In this document: piece after piece, positions 51,587-61,701 of the stretch
Layout of the letters: every line of letters starts with the position of its first letter
How positions within the stretch are numbered: position 1 is the stretch's first letter
Assembly: GCA_965197905.1 (NCBI GenBank)
Contig: CBDAOB010000004.1
Span: forward strand, 1,184,001 to 1,248,000
Source: Candidatus Latescibacterota bacterium
GTDB taxonomy: Bacteria > Latescibacterota > UBA2968 > UBA8231
DNA: 64,000 bases
Direction of reading: 5' to 3'
Translations under genes and position numbers: made by a program
Notes under the pieces: model-generated
The model's input: the letters and a program-made list of their open reading frames with translations, nothing else
Databases searched by the model: none
Told to the model about the DNA's origin: nothing

Positions 51587-51928
51587 TCATTCTCGAGGAT
51601 TCTCCTCTGAGGGGGTTGGGTCGATCGCGTCTCCCGCCCAGCAGAAAGCGGCCACGGTAGAAGGCAGACCCAGGGTTCCGGCAGCGAGAGCCACGACCTG
51701 TTCAACCTCCTCAGCGCTTATGCCCAGTCCCAACGCCTTGCGCACGCTGGAGTGTACCGCCCCTTCGCGCATGGCGCCGATGGCAATACCCAGCTTCACC
51801 AGGCGGCACGTGCGATCGTCGAGAGGACCGTCGTGGCCGGCGGCGGCAATGGAGTTCCACGCTTCCCCGAGTTTTGGATAGCGGGCGACGAATTCGTTAT
51901 ACGCTTTGGGCGGTTTGGGTGCAGTCAT
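51587..51928 (-). CDS. Carboxymuconolactone decarboxylase (CMD/AhpD-like) family protein
   Basis: GPLDDRTCRLVKLGIAIG..EGAVHS..RKA..G.S.EE, G.P motifs; no CxxC. Confidence 0.85.
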   Translation of the reverse strand: MTAPKPPKAYNEFVARYPKLGEAWNSIAAAGHDGPLDDRTCRLVKLGIAIGAMREGAVHSSVRKALGLGISAEEVEQVVALAAGTLGLPSTVAAFCWAGDAIDPTPSEENPRE

Positions 51929-52024
51929 GGGGTAAGACTCCTGTAGCGTTGTGGTTAACGTCTTGCGGTGGCTCGGATCGGCCCGTCCTCCCTGCAAAAA
52001 CTGTCGACGCGATCAGAACCCGGT

Positions 52025-54895
52025 TCACTTCTCGATCAAGCTGTGGATGCTGGCCACCGTGGCAGGCGACCATCCGGAGTGAACTTCGGCAATCCGGCCG
52101 TTCCGATCGATTATGTACGACACCGGAATGAATATTTCGTCGCCGGAGAACAGGTATGCGAAAATGCTCCGGTCGGTAGTGAAGATGGGATAGGTAATCT
52201 TCATTCGTTTTAGGAAACCGGGAATCCGCTCTCGTTGTTCGTCCATGTCGAGGCTGACTCCGAGCAGTTCGACGCCGGAGTCCCCAAGCAACGGTGCCAG
52301 CTTTTGCAGCTGGGGCATCTCCTCGCGGCATGGGGCGCAGTAGGTCGCCCAGAGATTGACCAGATATCTGCGATCTGCGCGCCGAAAACTGTGGAAATCG
52401 GTGTCGCTTCCCGTTGCGTCGACCAGGGGAATATTGGGGAAAATCTCGCCCGGCCCGAACCTCAGTGCCCGTAGAATCGGATCTTCCGCCGCCATGGGAT
52501 CGGGGAGCGTAAACCGGTGCTCTTCCCGGGCAAGGTAGCCCGCTTCGCCTTCCACCAGCAGGATGGAAGATTGCGCCGCGATATTGGTCAGGCGTCGTCG
52601 TTTGCCAGAGGGCCACTTTACCTCGATCCACTCCGCCTCCACGTCCGCGCCCAACCCGAACAGCAGGCGCGGATCGCTCTGTGAAACGAAACCACTACCC
52701 CCTGCTTTGATCTTGGTGAGCACCCCCTGCGAAGTCTTGACCCGCACCTCGGTACCGTAGGCATCGCGCCCGCTCTCCCTCCCGTCCAGGGAGACACGTA
52801 GAAACGCTGCATCCTGACCCACGTTGTTTCTGAAGAGGTGGTGTATCTGCCCCTGCAACGTGGTGAGGAAGATGTCGTAATCCCCGTCATTGTCGAAGTC
52901 GGCATAAGCGGCGCCCCGTCCATCCGTAACCGAATCCAGACCGGAAAGTCCGGAGATATCCACAAAACGCTTTCCCGAATCGTTGAGATAGAGCTTGTCG
53001 CGTTCGAATCCGCTGAACGAAAACCCCTCCTGAAAGATCTTGCCCATATGATCGTTCTGGTAGAGGTCGTTGCCTGCGGCCTCCATGCCTACCGTAGACG
53101 CCAGCACGTGGCGCCAAAAGAGGCTTCAGGTGTCCCTTAGGGATTTGCCGGAGATAAATCCGTTGGGGGCATGGAGATCCTCCCAACCGTCGTTGTCCAC
53201 GTCGATGAAACCACCCCCGAAAGCCCAGCCGGCACCCAATCCCCCGACCTCCTGGCTCACGTCGGCGAACCGCCCCCCTCCAAGGTTCCTGAAGAGGGTG
53301 TTGCCGGCGGCCAGCTTGAAAAGCACCCGGGTATCGGTCAACTGATCTGGCTGCTGGGGAAACAACCTCTTGAGGATCCGTCGACCGGCCGTGGAGGACA
53401 TGTTGGTGACGTGCAGATCGAGGCGACCGTCGTTGTCAAAATCTCCCATGGAAACGCCCATCCCATTTCCCGGATCGAGCAACTTGCGTTCAGAAGCGGC
53501 ATCGAGGAATCGGTTTCCCTGGTTGAGGAACAATCCGTTTTCACCGAAATCATTGGCGACGTAGAGATCCATTCGACCGTCATCGTTCAGGTCGCCGAAT
53601 TGAGCGGCGTAACTCCAGCGCCCGTCGGCGACGCCCCAGGCAGCGCCGCGTTCTTGAAATCTGCCGTCGCCCTGATTCACAAATAGTAGGTTGGGGGTAC
53701 CGTTCGTCGCGCGCGCCCAGGAATCGGGCATGATGACGCCGTAACGATTGTAGGAGGCGACATAGATATCCGGCAGACCATCGTTGTTGACGTCGCTGGA
53801 GACCGCGCTGAACCCCTGGGCGGCATGGTCGACTCCCGCTTCCACAGAGATGTCGATGAACTCCAGGTTGCCGTCCGGGACCAACCGATTCTCGAACAGC
53901 ATCTGAAAACCGGTGGCGGCCAGGAACAGATCGCTGTCTCCATCGTTGTCGAAGTCGAGAAAAAGCGGCGCCGTTGCCGTGGGTGTAATCTCCACGGCGG
54001 TTTCAGCGGCCACTTCCCGGAAGATGCCGTCCCCGCTGTTGATGTAAAGAAAATTGCGCCCGACGCCGGTAGTGAAAACGTCCAACAACCCGTCCCGGTC
54101 CACGTCGACGACGGCAACCCCGTGGGCGACGAACTCTTGGTTGCCGGGCTGGCCGAAACGGGGGACCGAATGGTACACGCCGGCGGAAGAGCTGACCTCA
54201 CTGAAGAGATCGACGCTCGCCGAGCTCAGATGCAGCTCCTTTATCTCGAATAGATCGATACGCCAAACCCCGTTGTCATCGACGGTGGCCTCGATCTTGG
54301 CTTTGGCCTGCAACCAGACCCTGAGTCCTTCCTCGCTGCGACCGACCACGAAGAAGAATATCCGTGCAAAGGCGCGCTCGTTTTCTCCACCCGCATCCGC
54401 CTCAAAATGGGCCTGTTTGACCTTGAACCGAACATCCTCGATGGAGCTGAAGCGGTCTAGAAAGCTCGACCACTCCTGCACAAACGCCGCCTTGTCCAAT
54501 CCTGTCCGGAGCGGAAGCGCGGGCTCGTCGCGGATCCATTTGATCGCGCCGACGGGGGCTGCGGTTTCGGGTATGCTCGTGGCGCGAAGATTCTCGGAAA
54601 AATGCGTGGCCAAGCTGTCCACCTCGCGTGAGAGTAGGAATGTGGACAGACGATGCAGCTGGTTGGCCAGGGATTCGGAAAGATCCTCGATCCGCTCCAT
54701 CCGCGGGCGATCGACCGTCGTCGCCGCGTCCGAGCGATCAACCCCCACGCAGGCGAGGGTCAGCACGGTCAAAAAAAACGCCGCGATCACTAGTTTTCCA
54801 AGAGCTTTCGGGCTACCGGCTTGAAATCGGCCCGTTGGGCGGTGTTCGACGGCAGGGTACGGGAAGGGTTGGGAATTCGTGCCATGGTTGGTCAA
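52025..54895 (-). CDS. Putative selenocysteine-containing lipoprotein: FG-GAP/VCBS repeats + ASPIC/UnbV + TlpA-like thioredoxin (in-frame UGA at 53128-53126)
   Basis: Two ORFs in the same frame joined by DT-UGA-SLFWRHV; DxDxDG repeats on both sides; SGFVSQS..LFGLG..V.WPSG; WATYCAPC; LTLAC lipobox. Confidence 0.7.
53078..53125 (-). promoter_or_regulatory. Candidate bacterial SECIS element
   Basis: After UGA: AGCCUCUUUU-GGCGCCA-CGUGC-UGGCGUC (7-bp stem; loop begins 18 nt after UGA, GU at loop positions 2-3); lower pairing GCCU(C)/(G)AGGC is possible. Confidence 0.6.
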
Positions 54896-54955
54896 AGTAG
54901 GAGTGATGACACTGGAAATCTACGCGGTTTGCTGACCGTCTACAATTCAGCGGCG

Positions 54956-56035
54956 CTACCTGTCACTCGGCAGACACGGATTCGCGTTCTGCGTCAGGAA
55001 AACCAGCAGGAGGGCCCCAACAAAAATTGCGATTGCAGTTCCCTGGTGGAGAGAGGCTATCGCGGGAGGAACGTGATGAACCACCACGGCAATGCCGAGA
55101 GCCGCTTGCACCGCCATGAGCAGCAGAACGACAGCGCTGGAGAGGCGCAGGATTTGGGCCGGCTCCGGGCCGCGAAGTCGCATCCACAGAACCACCGCCA
55201 GAACCAACGGCACCAAGGCGAACCAGCGATGCTGGAAATGCAGGGTAACGGGATTCTCGAACAGGTTCAGCCAACCCGGCGTCGATGTTCCCAGGCCAGA
55301 TGGAATCCATTGTCCGAACATCTTCGGATAGGTTGCCGAGATGAAGCCGGCCTTCAGACCCGCAACCAGGCCACCGGCGGCGATCTGAACGCTGACCGCG
55401 ATCCACAGTCCGAAAGCAACCCCTCGCGCGGCCGAGCCGGCGATGTCGATTCGTCGTGGCAGCGAGTTTTCGAACGCCAACCACAATACCGCCGCAAGGA
55501 GCGCCAGCGCGCATCCCAGGTGCACTACGAGGCGGTAATGACTCACCTGCGGCCGGTCTTCCAGTCCGCTCTTGACCATCAACCAGCCAACCAAACCCTG
55601 GACGGCAAACAACAGTCCGATGCCGAGATAAGCCCATATTCGGCCCCTGGGTATCGCCCTCCGAAGGAGCAGAAGTACCAACGGCGCCACGTATGCCAGT
55701 CCGGTGACGCGGCCAAGCAGCCGGTGAGTGAACTCCCGGTAGTAGATCTCCTTGAACGCCGGCAGAGAAATTCCCCGGTTAACTTTTTTGTATTCGGGAG
55801 TTTTTCGGTATTTGGTGAACTCCTCCTGCCATTCCGCGTCACCTAGCGGCGGCAACACACCCGTTACCACGTTCCACTCTACGATCGACAATCCCGATCG
55901 CGTCAACCGAACCCAGCCACCGTAGACAATCAGGAGGATGATCAGCAGGCTCACCGCATAAAGCCAAAGTGCTATCCGTGGAATAACTGCAGCGGGCGGT
56001 GGGATTGCGACCCGGGTTTGATCTACAGCCGGCAT
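54956..56035 (-). CDS. ctaA: Heme A synthase (COX15/CtaA, type 2)
   Basis: GG.VRLTRSGLSIVEW, EFTHRLLGR, GWLMVKSGL, SHYRL..H, HFQHR, HQ motifs. Confidence 0.92.
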   Translation of the reverse strand: MPAVDQTRVAIPPPAAVIPRIALWLYAVSLLIILLIVYGGWVRLTRSGLSIVEWNVVTGVLPPLGDAEWQEEFTKYRKTPEYKKVNRGISLPAFKEIYYREFTHRLLGRVTGLAYVAPLVLLLLRRAIPRGRIWAYLGIGLLFAVQGLVGWLMVKSGLEDRPQVSHYRLVVHLGCALALLAAVLWLAFENSLPRRIDIAGSAARGVAFGLWIAVSVQIAAGGLVAGLKAGFISATYPKMFGQWIPSGLGTSTPGWLNLFENPVTLHFQHRWFALVPLVLAVVLWMRLRGPEPAQILRLSSAVVLLLMAVQAALGIAVVVHHVPPAIASLHQGTAIAIFVGALLLVFLTQNANPCLPSDR

Positions 56036-56047
56036 GTCACCCGAAGC

Positions 56048-56896
56048 TCAAGCCGGGAATTCGGACAACCGCAGCTTCATCCAGAATTTGAAGGGGTCCC
56101 CCATGCCGCTGCCGCCGGGCCGTGCACTGCGGTCTCCACCCCCTGGCCCACGGCCACCGAAACCGCCACCGCGTCCTCCACCGAGACGGCCACCCCTACC
56201 GAACCCACCACCACCGAAACCACCCCTTTCCCGTCCACGCGCCCGGTCGAATTCTACCGTCTCAAAACCCAACCCAACCTCGTCTCCGGGATAGACACCC
56301 AGGGCGTACGGCGCCTTGGGGCCGTGGATAAGCGGTATGCGCAGCTCGTAGACCAGCCGTCCGGCGGAGTAGCTGGCACGCAAGAGAAGATCACCAGCGG
56401 CAGCTCTCGGCATGCGGCGGCCGTACTCCTCACCGCGGCTGTAGATTTCCATCTCCCCCGTCTCCAGGGTCTCTTGAATCATCGCTGCCATGCGCTCCGC
56501 ATCGGGCGCACCAGCTTCTGAACCTCGCCGACCCCTTTCGCCTCCCCGGTTCACGTCACCAACAGGGAAACGTACCCCCAACTCCTTGTGCTTCTTGCCT
56601 GCGGGATCGAACCAGACGGTGAAACCCATGCGGATCATCTGCATCTGAAGGGTCCGGTCATTCGATCCCAGAACGAGATACAGATAGTTCTCATCGTTGA
56701 AGATTCCGAAGTCGACGTGCGCCCGTTCGATATTCAGCTTGGCGCCCTGCCAATCGGCATCCGCGCCGTCGATGACGATTTCCCGATCGAGCCATTTGCT
56801 GTCGACCCTGGCGGTACAGCCGCTAGTAGCGACGAGCAACAAGGAAGCAGCGAGCCGAATCCCGGCGAGGCGTTTTCGGTGTGTCAGTGCATGCAC
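56048..56896 (-). CDS. Hypothetical lipoprotein with a Gly/Arg-rich C-terminal tract
   Basis: LLLVATSGC lipobox; IDG...DW; YELRIPL; GGFGG/RGG repeats. Confidence 0.75.
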   Translation of the reverse strand: MHALTHRKRLAGIRLAASLLLVATSGCTARVDSKWLDREIVIDGADADWQGAKLNIERAHVDFGIFNDENYLYLVLGSNDRTLQMQMIRMGFTVWFDPAGKKHKELGVRFPVGDVNRGGERGRRGSEAGAPDAERMAAMIQETLETGEMEIYSRGEEYGRRMPRAAAGDLLLRASYSAGRLVYELRIPLIHGPKAPYALGVYPGDEVGLGFETVEFDRARGRERGGFGGGGFGRGGRLGGGRGGGFGGRGPGGGDRSARPGGSGMGDPFKFWMKLRLSEFPA

Positions 56897-56906
56897 GGCG
56901 GTCTCC

Positions 56907-59489
56907 TCAGCGCAACAACATCAGCTTGGAGCTACTCTGCCGTCCGCGACTACGCAAAACCGCTACGTAGATGCCGCTGGCCACGTCGTCGCCGTGGTCG
57001 TCGGTACCATCCCAGGTGACCGCATAACTTCCGGCTGCTCGGAGATCGTTTTCCAGAGCACGTACTTGCTGTCCCATGGCGTTGAACACCTGCAATCTCA
57101 CCTCGACGGGAGCCGCCTGCGACGGGTCGACGGTGTAGCGAATGAGCGTCTGGGCGTTAAACGGGTTCGAATAGCTCGGCAGCAGGGTAAACGCCGACGG
57201 TAAAACCGTACTGACTTCACCAATAGCGGTCGCAACGGGTGGATTGACGATGGCGATGGCGATGCCGCGCGGGGTGCCCGCTGCCGAATACACCTCCAGA
57301 ACGTCATCGCTTTGCGCGTCCAGTACGAAGATCTCGTTCGACGCGGCATTGGTCACAAAGATGCGGTCGCCCCTTGGCGAGATCGTGATGTCGCGCGGGT
57401 TGGATCCGATCTGGATCGTTTTTGCCACCTCGTTTCGCCGCGCGTCCAGGACGATCAGAATCCCCTCCTCGTTGGCCGTGAGGTAGACCTTGCGTCCGTC
57501 CGGACTGGGTTCGACGGCAAACACCGCCGCCACCGGCAGGGTCACCGTGGCGACGATCTCGTTTTCCGGAATGCCTATGATGGTCAGTTCACCGACACTC
57601 AGGCTGGTGACGTACAGCCGCGTGCCGTCGGGGCTGACGGCCAGCGAACGCGGTACATCGGGAACGTCGATGCGCTGCAGCTCGCGACCGGTGCCGTCGA
57701 CGACAACGACTTGGGCACGTCCGATATCGGTGACGTAGACGTTCGAGCCGGTGCCCGCCGCGGCGATTCCGTAAGGTCCCCGCCCTATCTGATTGAGGGA
57801 CAGACCTCGGGCGGCGTGGGTGGCAACATCAATAGCGGTAATCGAAGCGGCCCCGGAGTTGGAGACATAGATGGTACGACCGTCGCCGGAAAGCGACATG
57901 TCCAGCGGTTGCAAAGCCACGTCGATGCGATCCAACAGGCGAAAGGTGTTGGTCTCCAACACCGCGATTTCGTTGGAACCGAGGGTCGATACGAACAGCT
58001 TCAGTCCATCGCGGCTCAGCAACACCTGGATCGGCTCGTCTCCCACCTCAACGCGGGCAAGTTGGCGCTGGTTACCGGTATCGATTATTTCGATCCGATC
58101 GTCATCTCGCAGGGCAACAAAAGCCAACGGACTGCCGCTCAAAGCCACCACCTCGAAATCGATAAACCCTGCTCCTTGGGGGAAGAAGGTGGTATTGCCC
58201 GCGTCATCAGCCGCGCTAATCTGGTAAGAAATCTCGGTACCGGTGGGTTGACCGGGAATGGCCGATTCGTAGACCCCTTGACCGATGGGCTGCATCGCGA
58301 TTTCCCGCAAGGCGCCGCCGCCTGCTCGGTACTTCATCAGAACCTCGCCGGCATCCTCCACCTCAACCCGTACGACGTACGGCCCCTGGGTATCCGGGGT
58401 GTTGGAAGGATGGATCACCGATGCCAGAAAGGGAAATCCGGGGCGCCGGAAACCGGTTATGAATTCGACCTTGGTGCGTCGCCGGCCGGGCGTGACCACA
58501 ATCGGCTGAGAAAGATCCTTGTTGTCCACGTTGCCGAAATATTCGGTCGGAAACCCGGTACTGAAGTTTCGAAATACGCCCCCGAAATTGGATTCGTTGA
58601 TCGAACCTTCGATCGGTTCGATGCGCACCACGTACTCACCGGGCGCGAGTCCGAAGATGGTAAACTCTCCCCTACCCGTTCCCGGAATTGCGCCGGTAAC
58701 GCTTCCAATGCGATCCCCGTTGGTAATGTTCTCCGCCACCACGTGCACCCCAAATTGGGGAGCGCCCTCGATATCCGTCACCTCGCCGGAAATGCTGCCG
58801 AAATCGAGCTGGGATGACCTGTCGGGATACAGGAATCCGGCTCCAGCGCGGTCATCTGCCTCGAGAGTGGCACCCGCTCCACGCACGGGACTGTAGAACG
58901 GAATCATGGTCGGGGTCGAGGCCGGCAGGTCGTTGAGCGGCGTGTGATCGAGGCCCAGAAGGTGGCCGATTTCGTGGATGGCGACATCCCCCAGGTCGAC
59001 GGTGTTGCTGGAGCCAGCCGTCGTGCCGAAGCGGAAATCGCGCCCGTTGAATACGATGTCAACGTCGGTTATTTCTCCGCTACGCGGCTTCGTCTCCACG
59101 AAAGCGGCGGCGATGATCCCGGAACCCCGAGGCGCTTGTAGCCAGCGGTTTGATTCGTCGAAGATGACCAGATTGTTACCGTCGGTCTCCGACGGGACCA
59201 GAACAGAGGTCAGACCCTGGTCGACGAAGCTGATATCGGCGATCGGTACTTCCTCCCACACCCGAAAGCTATCCCGCAAGATGCGGAACGCGGTTTCAGG
59301 AGGCAGATCGTCCGACCCGGCTTCGTGGATGACAAACGGGATGGCGCGGCCCGAATCCCAGACCTGCTGCACCGGTCCCCTGGGGCCGTTCACCGTTTGC
59401 ACGAGAAAAGCGTGAGCCAGCTCTACTCGCGCGAATGCCGCGACGCAGATCATCGCCGTGAGTGCAACGGACGATCTACGGGACATCAT
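56907..59489 (-). CDS. Secreted matrixin (M10-like) metalloprotease with a YVTN beta-propeller and FlgD-Ig/CTD tail
   Basis: Signal peptide; HEIGHLLGLDH plus Met-turn TMIP; repeated SPDG..LYVT; NPFN..T.IRY...WDG.D..G..VASGIY. Confidence 0.88.
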   Translation of the reverse strand: MMSRRSSVALTAMICVAAFARVELAHAFLVQTVNGPRGPVQQVWDSGRAIPFVIHEAGSDDLPPETAFRILRDSFRVWEEVPIADISFVDQGLTSVLVPSETDGNNLVIFDESNRWLQAPRGSGIIAAAFVETKPRSGEITDVDIVFNGRDFRFGTTAGSSNTVDLGDVAIHEIGHLLGLDHTPLNDLPASTPTMIPFYSPVRGAGATLEADDRAGAGFLYPDRSSQLDFGSISGEVTDIEGAPQFGVHVVAENITNGDRIGSVTGAIPGTGRGEFTIFGLAPGEYVVRIEPIEGSINESNFGGVFRNFSTGFPTEYFGNVDNKDLSQPIVVTPGRRRTKVEFITGFRRPGFPFLASVIHPSNTPDTQGPYVVRVEVEDAGEVLMKYRAGGGALREIAMQPIGQGVYESAIPGQPTGTEISYQISAADDAGNTTFFPQGAGFIDFEVVALSGSPLAFVALRDDDRIEIIDTGNQRQLARVEVGDEPIQVLLSRDGLKLFVSTLGSNEIAVLETNTFRLLDRIDVALQPLDMSLSGDGRTIYVSNSGAASITAIDVATHAARGLSLNQIGRGPYGIAAAGTGSNVYVTDIGRAQVVVVDGTGRELQRIDVPDVPRSLAVSPDGTRLYVTSLSVGELTIIGIPENEIVATVTLPVAAVFAVEPSPDGRKVYLTANEEGILIVLDARRNEVAKTIQIGSNPRDITISPRGDRIFVTNAASNEIFVLDAQSDDVLEVYSAAGTPRGIAIAIVNPPVATAIGEVSTVLPSAFTLLPSYSNPFNAQTLIRYTVDPSQAAPVEVRLQVFNAMGQQVRALENDLRAAGSYAVTWDGTDDHGDDVASGIYVAVLRSRGRQSSSKLMLLR

Positions 59490-60042
59490 GCGTCCCCGTT
59501 TCGCCCAGAATCGATCGTACCTGACGCAGAAATCCGTCGAGGCTCCGGTCGGCCAACGGTCCTTCAATCGAGGTTTTCTTGGCGACACCTCCGCCGGGAA
59601 ACGAGATTCCGCTCAGATCCTGGAAAACCTGTGCCTGCTTTGAAAGACCATGGCGTTCGACACGAAATTTTCCCTGCGCCAGACCCAATGGCCAGGCACC
59701 GTAGCTGGGGTCTTCCTCGGTGAGGAACAACACCACCTCTTCACCGGGCACGAACGTGGGCATGCCCGCGACGTATAGCCGGCGACCGTTTGCCTCTCCG
59801 CCCGGCAGCCGCAAGACGACCTCTTCGGTCTCGACGCCTTTCACCACCTCTTCAACCGCGACTACAACGCGGGTGAAGAGGCCTCCCCGTACCACCTCGG
59901 TGGCACTGGCGGTACACCGACCGACCAATATGCGTTCGGATTGCAGCGCGAGTGATTCCAGATCATAGCGCCACACCGTCGTTCCAGAGACGACGCTGGC
60001 AGTCGTCAACAGGGCTACCAGGAAAGGAAGGAACATGCGCAT
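59476..60042 (-). CDS. Secreted hypothetical protein, probable partner of the matrixin
   Basis: Signal peptide; L..L...S..I..G.C, V.EVVKG, LPGG....VAGMP.F..GEEVVLFL, GLAQGKF; overlaps the protease start. Confidence 0.75.
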   Translation of the reverse strand: MRMFLPFLVALLTTASVVSGTTVWRYDLESLALQSERILVGRCTASATEVVRGGLFTRVVVAVEEVVKGVETEEVVLRLPGGEANGRRLYVAGMPTFVPGEEVVLFLTEEDPSYGAWPLGLAQGKFRVERHGLSKQAQVFQDLSGISFPGGGVAKKTSIEGPLADRSLDGFLRQVRSILGETGTHDVP

Positions 60043-60359
60043 GTTAGCTGTCTCGATCGGGGCTGCGGAAGCGGTGCAATTTGGCGCTCCATTAGATGCC
60101 AACGGGTGCAAAGACGTTTAAGACTGAATAGAGTTTCCACTGACTCGACTGCAACAGTGATGAGGCATGAGGCATGCTGGGTTAACCCCGCGGTTGCCCC
60201 CCAACCTGTTTGGAATCAGATTCAATATACCATTTGCAGGTACCCGTGATAGCTTGGACTCTACCCTGGAGCGCCACGTAGCCGGCGCCAGGCAAGCGAA
60301 AAAGCGACAGACTCCAGCAGACGAAAACCGGTGAAATCCGGATAGAAAGGTAAGAGACC

Positions 60360-61280
60360 ATGAGAAGGCGAATTCGCGAGATCCTCAGCTGGTACGGCAG
60401 CGACAATCCCGGCACCCTGACCAATCTGACTCGCATTCTGAATCACGGGAAGCTGGGAGGGAGCGGCCGTGTGGTCATTTTGCCCGTCGATCAGGGCGTG
60501 GAACATGGTCCGGGTCGCAGCTTTGCCCCGAATCCTCCCGCCTACGACCCGCGGTACCACTTCGAATTCGCCATCGAAGCCGGGTTGAACGCCTACGCGG
60601 CACCCCTTGGCTTTCTGGAGGCGGGGGCCAGGGATTACGCCGGCGAACTGCCGCTGATCCTGAAACTCAACAACCGGGAGAATCTGTTCGGTGAGAAGGA
60701 CCCCAACATGTCAGTCACCGGCTCCATCGAGGCGGCGCTGCGTTTGGGCTGCGTCGGCATTGGTTACACGGTCTATCCGGGGTCTGCCTTTCGCACCGAG
60801 ATGTATGAGAAATTGCAGGAGCTGGCCGAAGAGGCGAAATACAATGGGCTAGTCGTCGTGGTTTGGTCCTACCCGCGCGGCTCCGATCTAAGTAAAGAAG
60901 GTGAAACCGCGCTGGATGTTTCCGCTTACGCGGCCCAGATCGCCGCGCAGATGGGAGCCCATGTAATCAAGGTCAAGCCGCCCGGCGCGAACATCGAGCA
61001 GGAGGACGCCCGCAAGGTCTACGAGAAAGCCGGCGTGCCGTCCGAAACCCTGGCACAGCGGGTGGAACACGTAGTCCAGTCCGCTTTCAATGGGCGACGG
61101 GTCGTGATTTTCTCAGGAGGAGCCGCCAAAGGCGAAACGGAGATCTATGACGAGATCCGCGGCATTCGCGACGGTGGTGGATTTGGCTCGATCATCGGGC
61201 GCAATGCGTTTCAACGGGAACGAGCGGAAGCGCTGGAACTGCTGAAGAACGTCATTCAGATCTACGCCGGTAAGCAGTAG
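60360..61280 (+). CDS. fbaB: Class I fructose-bisphosphate aldolase (DhnA type)
   Basis: ILPVDQGVEHGP, WSYPRG, IKVK, FSGG, GSIIGRN.FQR motifs. Confidence 0.92.
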   Translation: MRRRIREILSWYGSDNPGTLTNLTRILNHGKLGGSGRVVILPVDQGVEHGPGRSFAPNPPAYDPRYHFEFAIEAGLNAYAAPLGFLEAGARDYAGELPLILKLNNRENLFGEKDPNMSVTGSIEAALRLGCVGIGYTVYPGSAFRTEMYEKLQELAEEAKYNGLVVVVWSYPRGSDLSKEGETALDVSAYAAQIAAQMGAHVIKVKPPGANIEQEDARKVYEKAGVPSETLAQRVEHVVQSAFNGRRVVIFSGGAAKGETEIYDEIRGIRDGGGFGSIIGRNAFQRERAEALELLKNVIQIYAGKQ

Positions 61281-61305
61281 CGTGCCAGCGCTACGGTGAA
61301 GCCCG

Positions 61306-61447
61306 CTAACCGGTGCGCGCCAAATACGGAAATATGATGCCGTAGCTGAGCAGTGTAATGAGCGCGATGCTCGGCAGTTGCAAAGGCCAAAAGCGGCCCC
61401 AACGGCAGACCCGCCCACTGTATGGAAGTACGGTTCAAGTCTGACAA
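61306..61447 (-). pseudogene. Possible collapsed membrane-transporter remnant (DASS/SLC13-like ends)
   Basis: SDLNRTSIQWAGLPLGPLLAF joined out of frame to PSIALITLLSYGIIFPYLARTG*. Confidence 0.35.
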
Positions 61448-61701
61448 GGTTAGAGGGATCTGGTCCAGCTGTCAGCCGGAATTGACCTTGGCGAAAAATG
61501 CTGTTACACCTCAAACCCTCAAGCTAGACGGACCCACCACGAACCGCAAGGCGTCTGTGAAGCCGATCGAAACGGGAGCATCCGCTTCGGGCGGCCTGCC
61601 CCAATGTGAATCCAGTCGGTTCGAGGTTGTCTCATGGGGATCTATTCGGTATTAGTACTGCGTGCAGGAACGGTTCTGAGGCGCTAGCCGGAGGATTGAA
61701 G

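Noticed and set aside
56110..56240. CCACC/CCGCC-rich repeats as an array
   Set aside because: They encode the Gly/Arg-rich tail of a lipoprotein; no constant repeat-spacer period.
60075..60102. Sigma-54 promoter
   Set aside because: GG-to-GC spacing does not match -24/-12.
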